DNA of 64,000 nucleotides from Lama guanicoe (taxonomy: Eukaryota), in assembly GCA_013239625.1 (NCBI GenBank), contig MU054323.1:12779694-12843693 (forward strand), given 5' to 3'. Below the pieces are notes generated by a model, which worked only from the letters and a program-made list of their open reading frames with translations, had not been told where the DNA came from and made no database searches. Of the stretch, positions 1 to 13,172 are shown piece by piece (the first letter of the stretch is position 1; each line of letters opens with the position of its first letter). The position numbers and the translations under genes were made by a program.

Positions 1-1253
1 AACACGATTTATGTTTCACAGACTAGCCATTATCTTTGAATATTTCAGTAAAATTTTGGCATTAGAGGACCCTGTTCTCTTATAAATAAAAGATATAAAA
101 ACTTCCTCCAGGCATGGAAATAAGCTCATGTTTGTGTCTGGTGGATTGCTGTTTATAAAACTCAAAGGAAATTTACCCCTGTATTAAGCTTTTGAAAGAC
201 AGCAGAGTTGGGTGAGTGAAATTACTCCAGTTTACAAGTTTACTGATAGAAACTAGTCAGTAGTCTTCTGAGACCCAGTATATTTGTAGTGCATAGATCC
301 ATGACACTGTTATAGGTCTTCCCCTTTTTTCTAGATTATAAGCTTCCTGAAGGTAGATATATATTCCTATTTATTATTTAACCCAAACAGCCTAGCCTAA
401 GTAAGTGCACTTAGCTATTGGTAAAATTTACTGCATTAATGATAATTATAATGTAGTGTTAATGTTTTTCCATATATTAAGAATTACACAAGCACAAGAT
501 CAAAGGTACCATTGTTTCTTTTCTATTTGCTCTAATAGGTGATTTTAATTTAGTGGTACAAGTTGTTTAAATATCCTTGTTTTAATCCATTGGTATAATT
601 CAAATCCACTTTTTCTTTCTATTATATTTGGACGTAGCTTTTATAAAAGTAACTCTTAAGTCCTTCCAAACATGCCTAGGTAAATGGTTAAGAATTAGCC
701 CGTTACTTATATTCTGTCAAAGTACTTAGATTGCCCTGATAATCTTTTATCCTAGTAATTTAAATTTTTAAAGTAATGGAAAAGTAAATTTCAGCCTGTC
801 ATTTCTGATTTCTGATTCCAAATTAGTGCAAATTTATGAAGACTTCCTCTCTTCTTAAAAATGAAATATAATGAAATACTTTTTGGTATTTCATATTCTG
901 TAATTATTTTGGCAAAAATATTGTATTCTACTCATTTTAAGAATAAGTTATCTACTACTTTGCATTGTTATTTAAATACTTGATATAATATAACCTATCT
1001 GCTTGTCCAAACTGTAAATTAAAAATCATTTCTTCTTCTGCATCTGTGACATATTCCATCCATCTAGCAGTGTCAGTATCTATAGGTTGGTACTACATAA
1101 ACACAGCTCTTCTTCCACGTTGCAGTCCTCTCCATTGTGGGTGGAGGAAGGGCTGTGATTTATGTGTGATTTTTGTTATTATAACAGCTGTGCTCCATTC
1201 TGGTTCTTTTTTTTTCTTCAGTATGTTTTTTTCTTTTCTTTTTCTTCTGTTAG

Positions 1254-1471
1254 ATACATTTGAGATGGTTTCTGAAGATGAAGATGGGAAGTTGGGTTTT
1301 AAAGTAAACTACCACTACATGTCTCAGGTGAAAAATGCAAATGATGCTAACAGTGCTGCCAGAGCCCGCCGCCTTGCCCAGGAAGCTGTGACACTGTCAA
1401 CCTCACTGCCTCTTTCATCGTCCTCTAGCGTGTTTGTACGCTGTGATGAGGAGCGACTTGACATCATGAAG
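1254..1471 (+). CDS. BIRC6: BIRC6 internal coding exon (6th from last; probably exon 69 in human numbering), start of UBC domain
   Basis: Long polypyrimidine tract, then tag|ATACATTT. Encodes (D)TFEMVSEDEDGKLGFKVNYHYMSQVKNANDANSAARARRLAQEAVTLSTSLPLSSSSSVFVRCDEERLDIMK. Donor AAG|gtagag. 218 nt, ends in phase 0. Confidence 0.97.
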
Positions 1472-3077
1472 GTAGAGAAAACAACCTTTTTCCTGTTTTG
1501 CTGGCTAATCCTATTATTCAAATATTCATACAAAGCACTAGAAATAGCATGAATTTTAATAAATTTAATAAAAATTCTGTTGACCATTTTGCATATCAGT
1601 TTAAGGAATCCTTTTCTAATGTTAGTTGAGAGTATGTGGATAAGAATACCATTCAGAATAAAGATTTAGAAGAAAATACCAAAAGACCTTTCCTAAACAA
1701 AGGTTGTATGCAGCCTATCATAATTTTAAAACATAGTATCAAAGGATTTAATGCTGGTCAATATAAAAAAATTTATAAGATTTCTTCCTTATAATCCAGG
1801 ATTCTTCTCTCATGTTTTATACTATCAGTTTTCAAAATTTTTCTTTTTTTTCCCCTAGGAAATTTATGTATTTCAAAATCCATATGCTCTATGAATTAAG
1901 TAATAGTAGTACAATAAATAAACAATCTGTACCTTTATGTTTTAACACTGTGGTAATCTGGCTTTAAATTCCAAGAGATTGCTGCATCAAGAAATATTTT
2001 AAAGATTTGACACCTGGGGAGGGAGGAACTTTACATGATTCACTTCATAGATTCAATAGTCTGTCTTCCTTAGCTACACAGCCAAAATTATTGACCCACT
2101 GATTTGACGGCAGTTTTTTGTTTCTTTGCTTTTTTGGATAATTTTTCAGAGGAAATTTCATAGGCCTTGCCTATTTGACCAGACTCTTACTAAAGAGCCA
2201 ATTATTAGATGATTGCCTAGGAAAGTCTTTTATCACTAAATGGACCACATAAGTTCAGACTTGTGATTTTGTGTCTGCTAAGCACTATGCTGTACCTAAT
2301 ATGAAGGATTCCACGTTGGAGCCCCAAAATACAAAGCAAAGTTGTCATCGACTGAGGCTCTATCTAGTACCACGTGCCTCCACACGTAACTCTTCAGGAC
2401 CAGAGGCTTTGCTGCCTCGTGCCTTGTGTGCTTATTGTCTGTTGATTGACTAAAACAAAATTCCTTAAGTAATACTGACAGTTACTCAGACTGTTGGGTT
2501 CTGTGCTATTTTTTTAGACTACCAATAACCCTAAGGGAAACACCTACTGTTCTCATAACCTTTTCTATAGTAAGTTGTTAGATGAGAACTTTTTTTCCTG
2601 TTTGCTTGTTTCATTTTCCCAGAAAAAAATCGTTAAAAGTAATCTATTTCTTAAAACATTAACTTATCTGAAGATTTAAAGCAGAAAATTACTCTCATAC
2701 CTTTGAGATATGATAATGAATGTACCAGGAATTTAAAATTGTTGAAAATATGGTTGAGATTGTGCAGGAAAGCTCTTAGGAGGAAGTAACTTAATATGTT
2801 AAAAGGTAAATGCTGTTAAAGTAAGCTTTCCTGCCGCCAGTCAGGCATCTCTCTTTCAAAAGACCATTTTTACCAAAAGCAAGTCACTTTAAATCTTAAC
2901 CTAAAACCATTTCCTAGTCCTGTGTGTGTTTAATTTTTAACTTCATATTTAACAGCTTCTGGTAGAGATGTATACAGGATGTAAGAAGATTGCTCTCATT
3001 TCACATTGAATTGTTTTTCTGAGTAGCGGTGTTTAGGAATAGTAACATAGGCTTTTCTGTTTGTATATGCATACTAG

Positions 3078-3239
3078 GTTCTGATAACTGGTCCAGCGGA
3101 TACTCCTTACGCAAATGGCTGCTTTGAGTTTGATGTATATTTTCCTCAAGATTATCCCAGTTCGCCCCCTCTTGTGAATCTAGAGACAACTGGTGGTCAT
3201 AGTGTGCGATTCAATCCAAACCTTTATAATGATGGCAAG
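3078..3239 (+). CDS. BIRC6: BIRC6 coding exon, UBC domain
   Basis: tag|GTTCTG...GGCAAG|gtaatg, 162 nt. Encodes [54 protein letters not shown], with the E2 motifs GPxDTPYxxG, YP..PP and NPN. Confidence 0.97.
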
Positions 3240-3993
3240 GTAATGTAATTGCAGTCTTTTATTTCTAATGCCGAAGTATTGTAACCAAAGGTTCTTTGTA
3301 ATTTGAATAGAAATTTTGTTTTAGTTATCTTCTTTTCAAGAGTACATGAGTTTTTTCATGTTTCTTTTCCCTATATGCAAAGATCAGCTTGAGGAATGAG
3401 AGCGAAGGAATCAAAAAGGGCAGAAACAGAACAGTGTTAAGAAGTACTCTTAAGATGTTATTTTGAGGGAATAACTTACTCACATATTCCTTGGCCAATT
3501 GAGAGCCATCTCCACCCAGAAAACAGAGCCAAATTGTCTGTCTGTGCCTCTCACTTTTCTTTACTTCAAACATCTCCAATTCCAGTTATCTTTTCACAAG
3601 TGCCTGAAGATACTATCCATGTTTTCCATGATACATACCATTGTGAACTTATTTTAAAAGTTTAATTTGTGTTAAAGTGTTTTAATATTTTTTATAAATA
3701 GAAAGATGCATTCCTAGCCCCTCAAAAAAAGTTGACAGAGAGGTAGAATAAAAATCATTTCATATGACAATAAACCTTTCAAAATTAGACTTAAAAGAAT
3801 AATCATCACTTTTCAGAGTAATTTTGGACAGTTTGATGAACTTTCAACAGTAAATTCCCTGCTGAGTGTATTCAGTGTTAAAAATCACTTGACACTCAAA
3901 AGAAATTTCCAGACTTCATAAACAGACACTTCTTTGATCATGTGAGAATAACAGATACTTTAAGTTGATCTGGTTCATTAAAGATGGCCCAAG

Positions 3994-5465
3994 TTCACAA
4001 AAACAGTCATATGGATCAGTGGAACAGAATAGAGAGCCCAGAAATAAACTCGTAGGCCTATGGTCAAGTAATCTTCAACAAAGGAGGCAAGAATATACAA
4101 TGGAGAAAAGACAGTCTCTTCAGCAAGTAGTGTGGGGAAAACTGCACAGCCGCATTTAAATCAGTGCGATGCATTCCATACACAAAAATAAACTCAAAAT
4201 GGCTTAAAGACTTTAATATAAGATAAGACACTATAAACCTCCTATAGAAAAACATAGGCAAGACATTTTCTGACATAAATCTTAGCAATGTTCTCCTTAG
4301 GCAGTCTACCCAGGCAGTAAAAATAAAAGTAAAAATAAACAAACAGGACCTAAGTAAACTTACAAGCTTTTGCACAGCTAAGGAAACCATAAGCAAAATA
4401 CTTGAAAATGATGTGACTGATGGAAGCTTAATTTCCAGAATATGTAAACAGTTCATACAACTTAATAACAACAACAACAAGAAAAAACCCAGTCCACAAA
4501 TGGGCAGAACACCTAAACAAGCAATTCTCCAAAGAAAACATACAAATGACCAACAGGCACATGAAAAAATGCTCAATATCACTAATTAACAGAGAAACAC
4601 AAATCAAAAGTACAGTGAGGTATGACTGCACACCAGTCAGAATGTCTACCATTAAAAAGTCCACAAGCAATAAATGCTGGAGAGGCTGTGGAGAGAAGGG
4701 AACCCTTCCACACTGCTGGTGGGAATATAGTTTGGTGCAGCCATTATGGAAAACAGTATGGAGATTCCTCAAAAAACTAAAAATAAACTTACCCTATGAT
4801 CCAGCAGTCTCACTCCTGGGCATATATCTGGAGAAAACTCTTCCTTTGAAAAGATGCATGCACCCCAGTGTTGATAGCAGCACTGTATACAGTAGCCAAG
4901 ACATGGAAGCAACCTAAATGTCCATCGACAGATGACTAGATAAAGAAGTTGTGGTATATTTGCACAATGGAATACTACTAAGTGATAAAAAAGAATAAAA
5001 TAATACCATTTGCAGCCACATGGATGGACCCGAAGATCATCATTCTAAATGAAGTAAGCCAGAAAGATGCATGATTGGGACATTATGCTGTACACCAGAA
5101 ATTGACATACTGCAACTGACTATATACTTCAATTGGAAAAAAAAAAGAAATTAAAAAAAAAACCGTATGATACCACATATATGTGGAATCTTAAAAAAGA
5201 GAAGAGGACACTAATGAACTCATCTACAAAACAGAAACAGACTAGAAGACATAGTAAACAGCACTGTAGTACGGGGTAAAGGGGATGGGAAAGGATAAAT
5301 TTGAGAGTTTGAGATTTGCATATTTTAACCACTGTATATAAAAAGAGATAGAAAACAGTTTTCTTCTGTAGAGCACAGGGAACTATAGTCAATATTTTGT
5401 AATAACCTTTATTGAAAAAATAAGAAAATGAATAATAAATAAATAAATAGAATAAATAAAAGAAA
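3994..5465 (+). mobile_element. 5'-truncated LINE-1 (ORF2 C-terminus, 3' UTR, A-rich tail), sense to BIRC6, with target-site duplication
   Basis: ORF 4546-4917 carries the ORF2p C-terminal motifs [16 protein letters not shown] and [16 protein letters not shown] aaagatggcccaag (3980-3993) / aaagatggcctaag (5466-5479) at a TT|AAAG endonuclease-type site. Confidence 0.93.
5068..5162 (+). mobile_element. Short younger L1 3'-terminal fragment nested inside the L1 above
   Basis: gggacattatgctgtacaccagaaattgacatactgcaactgactatatacttcaattgg plus a poly(A) tail. It interrupts the host L1 between gtaagccagaaaga and ccgtatgatacc. Confidence 0.7.
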
Positions 5466-6289
5466 AAAGATGGCCTAAGATTTTTTATTTTTAAAAGGTA
5501 CAGCCTGCGTCAGATTTGTGCTTACAGATTATCATTTTGTCTTTATCATAAGCTCAGATCACAAAATTGGAATTCATTTTCTGGGTTTATTGCAGATTTC
5601 ACCAGAGGTAGACCTTACTTCCTTTGAGGGAACAAAGGACAGGTCTTTTATATCTGAGCAGAGAGGACAAAATAGCCATGTTGATAGGCTTTATTCAAAA
5701 GAGAGACTAGAACTTAAATAGAGTTTAAGTGTAAATGTTAAAATGTATTTAAGAAATGACTCCCTTAAGACTTAATGGTATAGGGGAAAGATTGGGAGCT
5801 TGAAACTCCAGTGTCCTGAATTGTATAGTTTGTATTCTGTTACACAATGGGGACTAACATTTAACCTTGGGTTCTAGAGCTGTAGATAGGAATAAGACCC
5901 CTGCCATTGGTAGTCACAGAGATACTAGAAAAATCAGGTGGGCTGGTATGTCTGTCAGTACTTTAAATAGATAGTTCACAAAGCTGTTCAGATGCAAGTC
6001 TTCTAAAATTAATAATAAATTTATCTGTTTAACAAATTGACATATTTTGCATTATGTTTTTCACAGAGCATTAAAAGAATATCAAGGAAATGGACTTCCC
6101 TGCTTTTTAAGGACTGCTTGTTTTTCATATGTTACCCATTACATGACATTGTTAGTTTACAAGGACAGATAAAATGTCCCTGGTTCTCTTATTCCTATAG
6201 TGACTGTTAACCTGTGTTTGGAAGATGCTTTAAGTTCATTCTTGCTGTCTGAGTGAATAACTATCTAATGTGTCTTAAAATTTGTTCTG

Positions 6290-6610
6290 AGAGACTCTGG
6301 TGATCCTCAGGACCCTTTCAGGGCATCTGTGACCCTTTTCAGCTTAATGTTTGTGTGAGGCCAGATTTTATTCATATATTTCAACCGGAACAATATATTA
6401 CAACAAATTGAATGTAGAGGCAGATATGAAATCAAGATCTCTTTTGTTAAGCTATATCGTATTTTCAAAATTTATAAAATTTCAAAAGAGATTTTCTTAA
6501 ATGTAAAATAGTACCACTTTTCCTCACCAAATTATTTTTTTTGGTTTGAAAAAGTTATTTTTCATTAAAAGTGTTACTATTATTAATGTGTAGTAGCTGC
6601 AAATTCATTT
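6290..6610 (+). mobile_element. hAT-Charlie (Charlie1-like) DNA transposon remnant
   Basis: tgtgaggccagattttattcatatatttcaacc...aacaaattgaatgtagaggcagatatgaaatc resembles the Charlie1 3' region as recalled; boundaries approximate. Confidence 0.6.
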
Positions 6611-6824
6611 TTCATTATGAAGAAATTGTAATGCCACACAGATTTAGATCATATTTGAAGATGCCAATTTGTTTTAACAGACCAACCCTTAGGGTTTTGT
6701 TTGGGGATGTAAAACTGAGCGACTTTGACATAATAGTATTTCAATTTTATTTCTAGTTGTGGTAGTTTACTTTTAAAAACCACTTCTTTCAATTCTGTGT
6801 ATACTTCTTCCCCTTCTTCCTCAG

Positions 6825-6902
6825 GTTTGTTTAAGCATCTTAAATACATGGCATGGAAGACCAGAAGAGAAGTGGAATCCTCAGACCTCAAGCTTTTTGC
6901 AA
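6825..6902 (+). CDS. BIRC6: BIRC6 coding exon containing the E2 catalytic cysteine (TGT 6828-6830)
   Basis: cttcctcag|GTTTGT...TTGCAA|gtaaac, 78 nt. Encodes [26 protein letters not shown]. Confidence 0.96.
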
Positions 6903-8224
6903 GTAAACAAATTTCTCTGACAGTTTTACTTAGAAAATAAAGAACCATCTATGTTTAAGAAAAAAAAGTTTTTAGTGACCAAGAATAAACATAGTAAACC
7001 ACAAAAAATAAAAGCTAGATTGATAGGAAGTACATATTAAATAAATTATAGGTGAGCATCAGATTTGGAATTTAGAATGTTAAGTTAGGGCACAAAACAA
7101 AAATTTCTTTTTGTCAGAATTGGCTTTTAATAAATCCCTAACTCGCCCTTAAAGTACTCTCTGGTACAATAATATTAGACAAGGCAGATTACCCTCTCCC
7201 ATCTCCCAGTCACTATAGGGCTCAAACTCAGCTGAGTAGTATTTAACACACTATTAGTATTACATATCTCTCCACACATGATACGGTTCTTCTATAATCT
7301 AGTTAGTAATGGGATTCATCTGAGGCTTAGAAATATTTTCCTGGCATTCATAAAACTTGGGATTTGTAGTTCTTATTTCGCAGAGCATTTGACACTCACA
7401 TTACATAGTCTTGAATTTTATAAGTTAATTTCCACATAAAATATGTATACTATCCCATCAAATTTTTTTGCTGATGCTTTATATTAATACTTCAGAATCC
7501 CAGTGAAGAGGTGGACTAGTAAGTATATTAATAATGAGTTAACTTATTTGTTCACTGAAGAAACAGAAACAAGACACTGTTGCTGCATAATAGTGTAAAC
7601 TCACATTTACAGTGTTTACTTTAAAAAGATCACCATAAATTACCCCTGGGTAAGCCTGTTAAAGTTGACCTACCCTGAAAGGATTCTTTTCCTACATTAT
7701 TATTTAGAATTAGGTAAAAGAAAATATGAAAAATCATTCTTTAGGATGTGACTTTCTTAGAGTATATGAAAAGACCTTGCAGCACCCTCATGAATTAAAG
7801 AAATAGTGCTATAAGTTTTTCCTTTTTGTTAGTATGGAGATCAAGAAAAAAAGAGGTTACATGATTCATGCAAAGTAGCTAGGGCTCCAAGTCATTTCTC
7901 AAATGTAGTTTTCTTTGTTCTGTATACAAAGCATCTATTCTTCATTTTATTTGGTTCAACTATTTTAAACCAAATGCACCATGTGAGTCTGAAGTAATTC
8001 ATAAGTTTGAACCTACCACTGCCTGAGATTTATAAAACAGTATTTTGTGTCAAAGGATGTGAGGCTAAATAAGTAACTGAATCCTGTGTTACTAATTTGT
8101 GGTTAAGTTTTTAATTTAATTTCTTTTTCTGCTTTTGTAGAAAATCAGGATATACCCTACTCGCTTAAGAAGAAGATTGTTTTTTTTTTCTGAATCCCTA
8201 CGTTATATACTCTTTATTCACATG

Positions 8225-8370
8225 CATTTTCATTTAATCCTCATGACAATCATAAGACATTATGGATATATTGAATCCATTGTACAGATGAGGAAGCTGA
8301 GTCTAGAGCAGTTAGGACATTTGCCCAAGGCCACATGCTAGTCAGTGGCAGAACCAGGCTTCTGAAGCCA
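8225..8370 (-). mobile_element. MIR SINE
   Basis: tttaatcctcatgacaa...acagatgaggaagctgagtctagagcagttaggacatttgcccaaggccaca, the MIR core in reverse. Confidence 0.75.
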
Positions 8371-9433
8371 AGATGCTATACTGCCCATGTGGGCTCAGCT
8401 TGCAGCCAGCCAGTGTGTATGAGTCAGGAGGCTATGGAAGGAATGCGGGGACTTCATTAGTGGTCTTCACAAGTCCCAGATTTCATGCCAGGGTCATTGG
8501 CAGAGCTGGTACAACCCCCAGCAAACTACTCAGAACTGTGTTCAGTAAAGGAGCTGCCTTATGAGTTGGGGGAAACCAAAGAGGGGACAAAAATGAAGAG
8601 CAAACAAACATAATGGTAAATGACAAATTCCAGCTCTGTAGGTTACTAGGTATCCATCTTAAAAACTGTTTAGCTCCCCCTCAGGGCCGTATTTCCATAG
8701 GGAAGAATTAAGAGGAAGATTATTTAAAAGGGAAGAGGAAAGGAACTAATAAATAGATCCTGGAGTGTTATTTCAGAAGAGTCAGGTTTGAGTTAGGGGA
8801 AAGTATGTAGCTAAGGAAAATTCCTTTCCTTCAGTGATATATTTAGTTTCAGGAAGTTTAAAAATTATGAGATCTTTGCCTCAGAATTATACAGGTTTAA
8901 ACACTTTCTTTTGTACACTTGACCATTGCCTCAGTAACGTGTTACTTCTGATTATATTTAACCTTATCTGTTCTTAGGTCTTATGTTTCAGGTTCAAGTT
9001 CTCATTTAAAAAATTTCCTAGGAAAATGTATCTCTTGACTTCTAAGATGCATACACTTGATATTATTTGATCATCTTTCTAATGAGAATACAACTACTGC
9101 TAATTCTTTTTCGTTTCTGAAATGGGCAGATGTATCTAACGTTTTCCTGCCTCCAAAGATGCCCTATTAGCTAGTTATATTGGTATATTAGCTAGCAATA
9201 AGATTCTACTATGCCTATTTTACTTTTTCGCTTTAATAATAAATAACATTTATTATTCATTATTAAATAATAATAAAGTATTTCAATGTCATAATTATTA
9301 ACAGATTTTTTTGGTGATAAAAATATGTGGAAGCACATTTAAAAGGGACTCCTGGTTGATAAAGCAAGGTAAGGTATTCACTCTCTAGAAGTAAAAATGT
9401 CCCATTATAACTATTTTTTTATTTGTTCCTCAG

Positions 9434-9622
9434 GTGTTGGTGTCTGTTCAGTCCCTTATATTAGTAGCTGAGCCTTATTTTAATGAACCAGGATATGAAC
9501 GGTCCAGAGGCACTCCCAGTGGCACACAGAGTTCTCGAGAATATGATGGGAACATTCGACAAGCAACGGTTAAGTGGGCAATGCTAGAACAAATCAGAAA
9601 CCCTTCACCGTGTTTTAAAGAG
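9434..9622 (+). CDS. BIRC6: BIRC6 coding exon, UBC domain C-terminal helices
   Basis: cctcag|GTGTTG...AAAGAG|gtatat, 189 nt. Encodes [63 protein letters not shown]. Confidence 0.97.
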
Positions 9623-10739
9623 GTATATTTAATGAACTTACTGAAATAGTTTATTAAAGATGTTACAGAATATAGTTTGTTCGTATTGTGCTTGCCTTTA
9701 TTTTAGCGTATCTGTGGTGTATTAAACTTTATTATCGTTTTTAATCATAAAAAATCAGTAATAATAGAATACAGATGAATTTTTAAATCATTTACTTCCT
9801 AGAAGGCATCTGACTTTCTTTTGCAACAATTTTATTCCTTATTTTTTACAGCTACCATTCTGCTATCATACTGTATGTGCTTGTTATGTTATTATAAAAG
9901 TAATTCTTTTTATTAGAGGTTAAGATACTTTCTGGTCGTCTTGCAAATAGAAACTTTGCCCTTATATTAATATCTGGGTGTGAACATTAAAGAAAAGACA
10001 TTTCATTTTCTTTTTGAAAAAGTTGGGTTTAGTTTCTGAAACCTCCCTTGATACTGTTAAGTGCTTTTATTTTACCACATCCTGCAGTGTGACTCTTCCC
10101 TGTGCTTAGCTCTCTCTCCTTAGTCTGCCTAAAATATGGTTGTATTTTTCACCTGTCATAACAAATTCCTTCATCACATCTTATTTTAACTTTCTTGTGA
10201 AACAATTTTCTTTCCTAATTGTTTCTCTTGATCATCAGTTCCTTAGGTTGTGCTAGAAACTCAACATTTTAGAGGAAAAATTGGCATATTTATCTGACAA
10301 AAAATTGATCTTTAATATGGTATGTATGACTGCCATGTAACATCATTCCTGAAGTCTTCCTCAAGAGGTAGCATCGGTGAATATACTCTGAAGGAATGTA
10401 GACACAGCGTTTTTTCCTTCTGTTATAAACTAACTAAATGAACTTGCACTTTGAGTAACAAAGTTGGATATTTTCCAGAGGCTTGCATTCAAGGCTATGG
10501 GAAATTACTTTTCCTAATATTATTGGAAATACAAATGTGTATTTTTTTGTGTACTCTTTATCACAATATTTTGTACCTTTTCAAACCTGGGTTATTTATA
10601 TTAAGTAATTCATTTTGCAACTGTATTGAATACCAGCTGTTACCAGAGACTGCAGTAAGGTAGTCAGAACTCAAGGATAAATGAAACTCAGTTCCTGCCC
10701 TTGAAAAACTTATATTCTTCCTGTTTGTATCATAAATTA

Positions 10740-11230
10740 ATTTATTCAATGACCTGAAGACTCAAATAATGAATCCAGATAGATGTATGAATACTTGACA
10801 AGTCTGCTAGAATGTATCATAGCCACCTCAAGCGTAGCACTGTCAAACTGCACTCTTGATTCTTCCTTCCTTTCTTCTCTCAGTAAAAGCACCATCGTCT
10901 AAGCCCAAAACCCTGACCACCTGTTTTTTTTCTCACATACCACATTCAATCTGTTGACAAATTCAGCTTCACCCTTCAAAACATAATCAAAATTTGGTAA
11001 TAAAGAAACATCTTTACCCTGGCCAGCCTGTTTCAAGCCACCATGACCTATTGCCTAAATTGTTGAAGTAGTTTCCTAACTGGTTTCCCTGCTTCCACTT
11101 TTGCCCTTCTTCAATGATTCTCCCCACATAATCAGATCATCTCACTCCAATGACTTCCCATTAAATGAAGAAGAAAATTCAGAGTCCTTACCCTAACATG
11201 CAAAACTCTACATTGTCTGCCTCTTGTCTA
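10740..11230 (-). mobile_element. LINE-2 remnant
   Basis: Degenerate L2 3' region (cctaactggtttccctgcttccacttttgcccttcttcaatgattctcc, cagagtccttacc); boundaries approximate. Confidence 0.6.
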
Positions 11231-11264
11231 CCTATTCATCATATTTGAGAGTTTAAAGGCTTTT

Positions 11265-11905
11265 GATACCAGAAGTTAGAATGTGGTGCAACTGGAGCTC
11301 TGATTTACTTCCTGGTGGGAATATGAATAGGCACAGCCTCTTTGGAAAACCCTTTGGCAAGTAATAAACTAAGTACATGCTTTATGACCAGCAGTTCCAC
11401 TCCTTGGTATATGCTCAGTAGTAATTACATACATACTGGGTGCAGAAAACGTTTATAGCATTATTCATAATTTCCAAAAAACGGAAACAGTCCAATTGCC
11501 CATCAAGAAAATAAATGGACAAATTAAGGGATATTCATAAAATGGAATATAGCAACGTAGATGAGTAAATGCCTTCACACATTAACATTGACAAACATCA
11601 TAAACATAATACAGAGCATAAGAAGCCAGGCACAAGGAATACATTCCATATGATTCCATTTATAGAAAGTTCAAAAATGAGTGAAACTAACTTATACTTA
11701 AGGAAGTCAGTATAGTTATACTTTTGGATTAATGGAGGGTTAATGGTGAGAAATATACAAGTGGCAGCGAGGCCTCTGGTGTGCTTGGTGACGTTATGTT
11801 TCTTATCTGAGTAGAGGTTATTTTGGTGTGTTCACTGTGGGAAAACACAGTCAATTGTACACATACAATTTAGGCACTTTTCTGTGTATGTTAAACTTCA
11901 TTTTT
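11265..11905 (+). mobile_element. Old L1M (L1ME-like) 3' end
   Basis: tggtgggaatatgaataggcacagcctctttggaaaac...tatgaccagcagttccactccttggtatat...atatgattccatttatagaaagttcaaaa. Confidence 0.75.
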
Positions 11906-13037
11906 TAAATGTATTGAAAAAATTGTGTAAATGTATACACCAGTCAATATAACTTGTTGGTTCATGCTTTAATTTTTTTCTTCCTTCTGGAAGAAGAATA
12001 AATTTAACACAGGACTCAGAGTGGGGTGCATAACTTTTATAAAAAGTAAATAAGTATAATTTGAAACAATAATCCTTTCTCATCTTGTAGACCTAGTTCA
12101 CATTAAAGGGAGTACCCCTTGTCTATCAGTGCTTTTCTCATTTTCCCAATTGGTTGTAACTTGCTACTCTGTATTCTTTGGGATTTGTTTTTGGTTTTTT
12201 ATAGTTGTTGTTTTGTCTTTTTTTAAAGAGTATCCTTCTGGTAACTCAATAACTTGTTGACATTTTACCTCCATTCTCAGGTTTTCCTCATGATTTTTCC
12301 TTTGTGGGTATTTTTGCCTTTTCTTTAGGGGAGATAAGTTCATTGGGCAATATACTAAGTAGCTTACCCAGAATACAGAAGAATATTTCCAAATTGATCT
12401 GTTTTCTAGCTTAAATTGTCAAAAATAGACTCTTACTACTTACTCAGAAAGTTTATCAGTGTTTCAGAGATAATTTTAAAAATCTGAAATGTAAAACACA
12501 TTTATCACAAGGAAAATAACTTCATAGGATAAAATCTTGTTCATAAATTAACCAGAAGACAAATAAAGAAAATAATAATAGTGCCTATTTTAGGGCTCTA
12601 TTCTGATTTCTGTGCAAATGCCTGTGACGTTTAGAATCTCTTTACTCATCTAGGTATTCTTTGAGTTCTATTTTAAAGATAGAAATTGACAGTTTTTCTA
12701 TCATCAATACTTTTCTCCTGGTTATTCGTTTATTTACGTTCACCTTCTGACTCTGTTATATTCTGTGTGTCTTGCACACTCTGGATAGGATTAATTTTTG
12801 AAATGTCTAAGTGGGATTGGACATCATTTTCTCCTATGGAACTGGGTATTTCAACACATGACATGATGTCATAATCCTTATTCTTCCTTGTTACTAGTGT
12901 AGAGTTCACCACATTGAGTTTTATGGAGAGAAAAAAATTAGTGTCTTTTAAATTTCATTTCTTTGGAATGTCACATACTTTGTCTTTTAAATTCTGACCT
13001 GAACACATTTTGTTCTCTTGCTTGTTTTATTCTTAAG

Positions 13038-13172
13038 GTTATACATAAACATTTTTACTTGAAAAGAGTTGAAATCATGGCCCAGTGTGAGGAGTGGATT
13101 GCGGACATCCAGCAGTACAGCAGTGATAAGCGGGTAGGCAGAACCATGTCTCACCACGCAGCAGCTCTCAAG
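13038..13172 (+). CDS. BIRC6: BIRC6 penultimate coding exon
   Basis: ttcttaag|GTTATA...CTCAAG|gtgagt, 135 nt. Encodes VIHKHFYLKRVEIMAQCEEWIADIQQYSSDKRVGRTMSHHAAALK. Confidence 0.97.

Noticed and set aside
1046..1253. N-terminal 'transmembrane' extension of ORF 1046-1552
   Set aside because: This is translation of the intronic polypyrimidine tract; the true exon begins at 1254.
4064..4772. Minus-strand hydrophobic ORFs of 172 and 114 aa
   Set aside because: Antisense readings of L1 ORF2, a common artefact.
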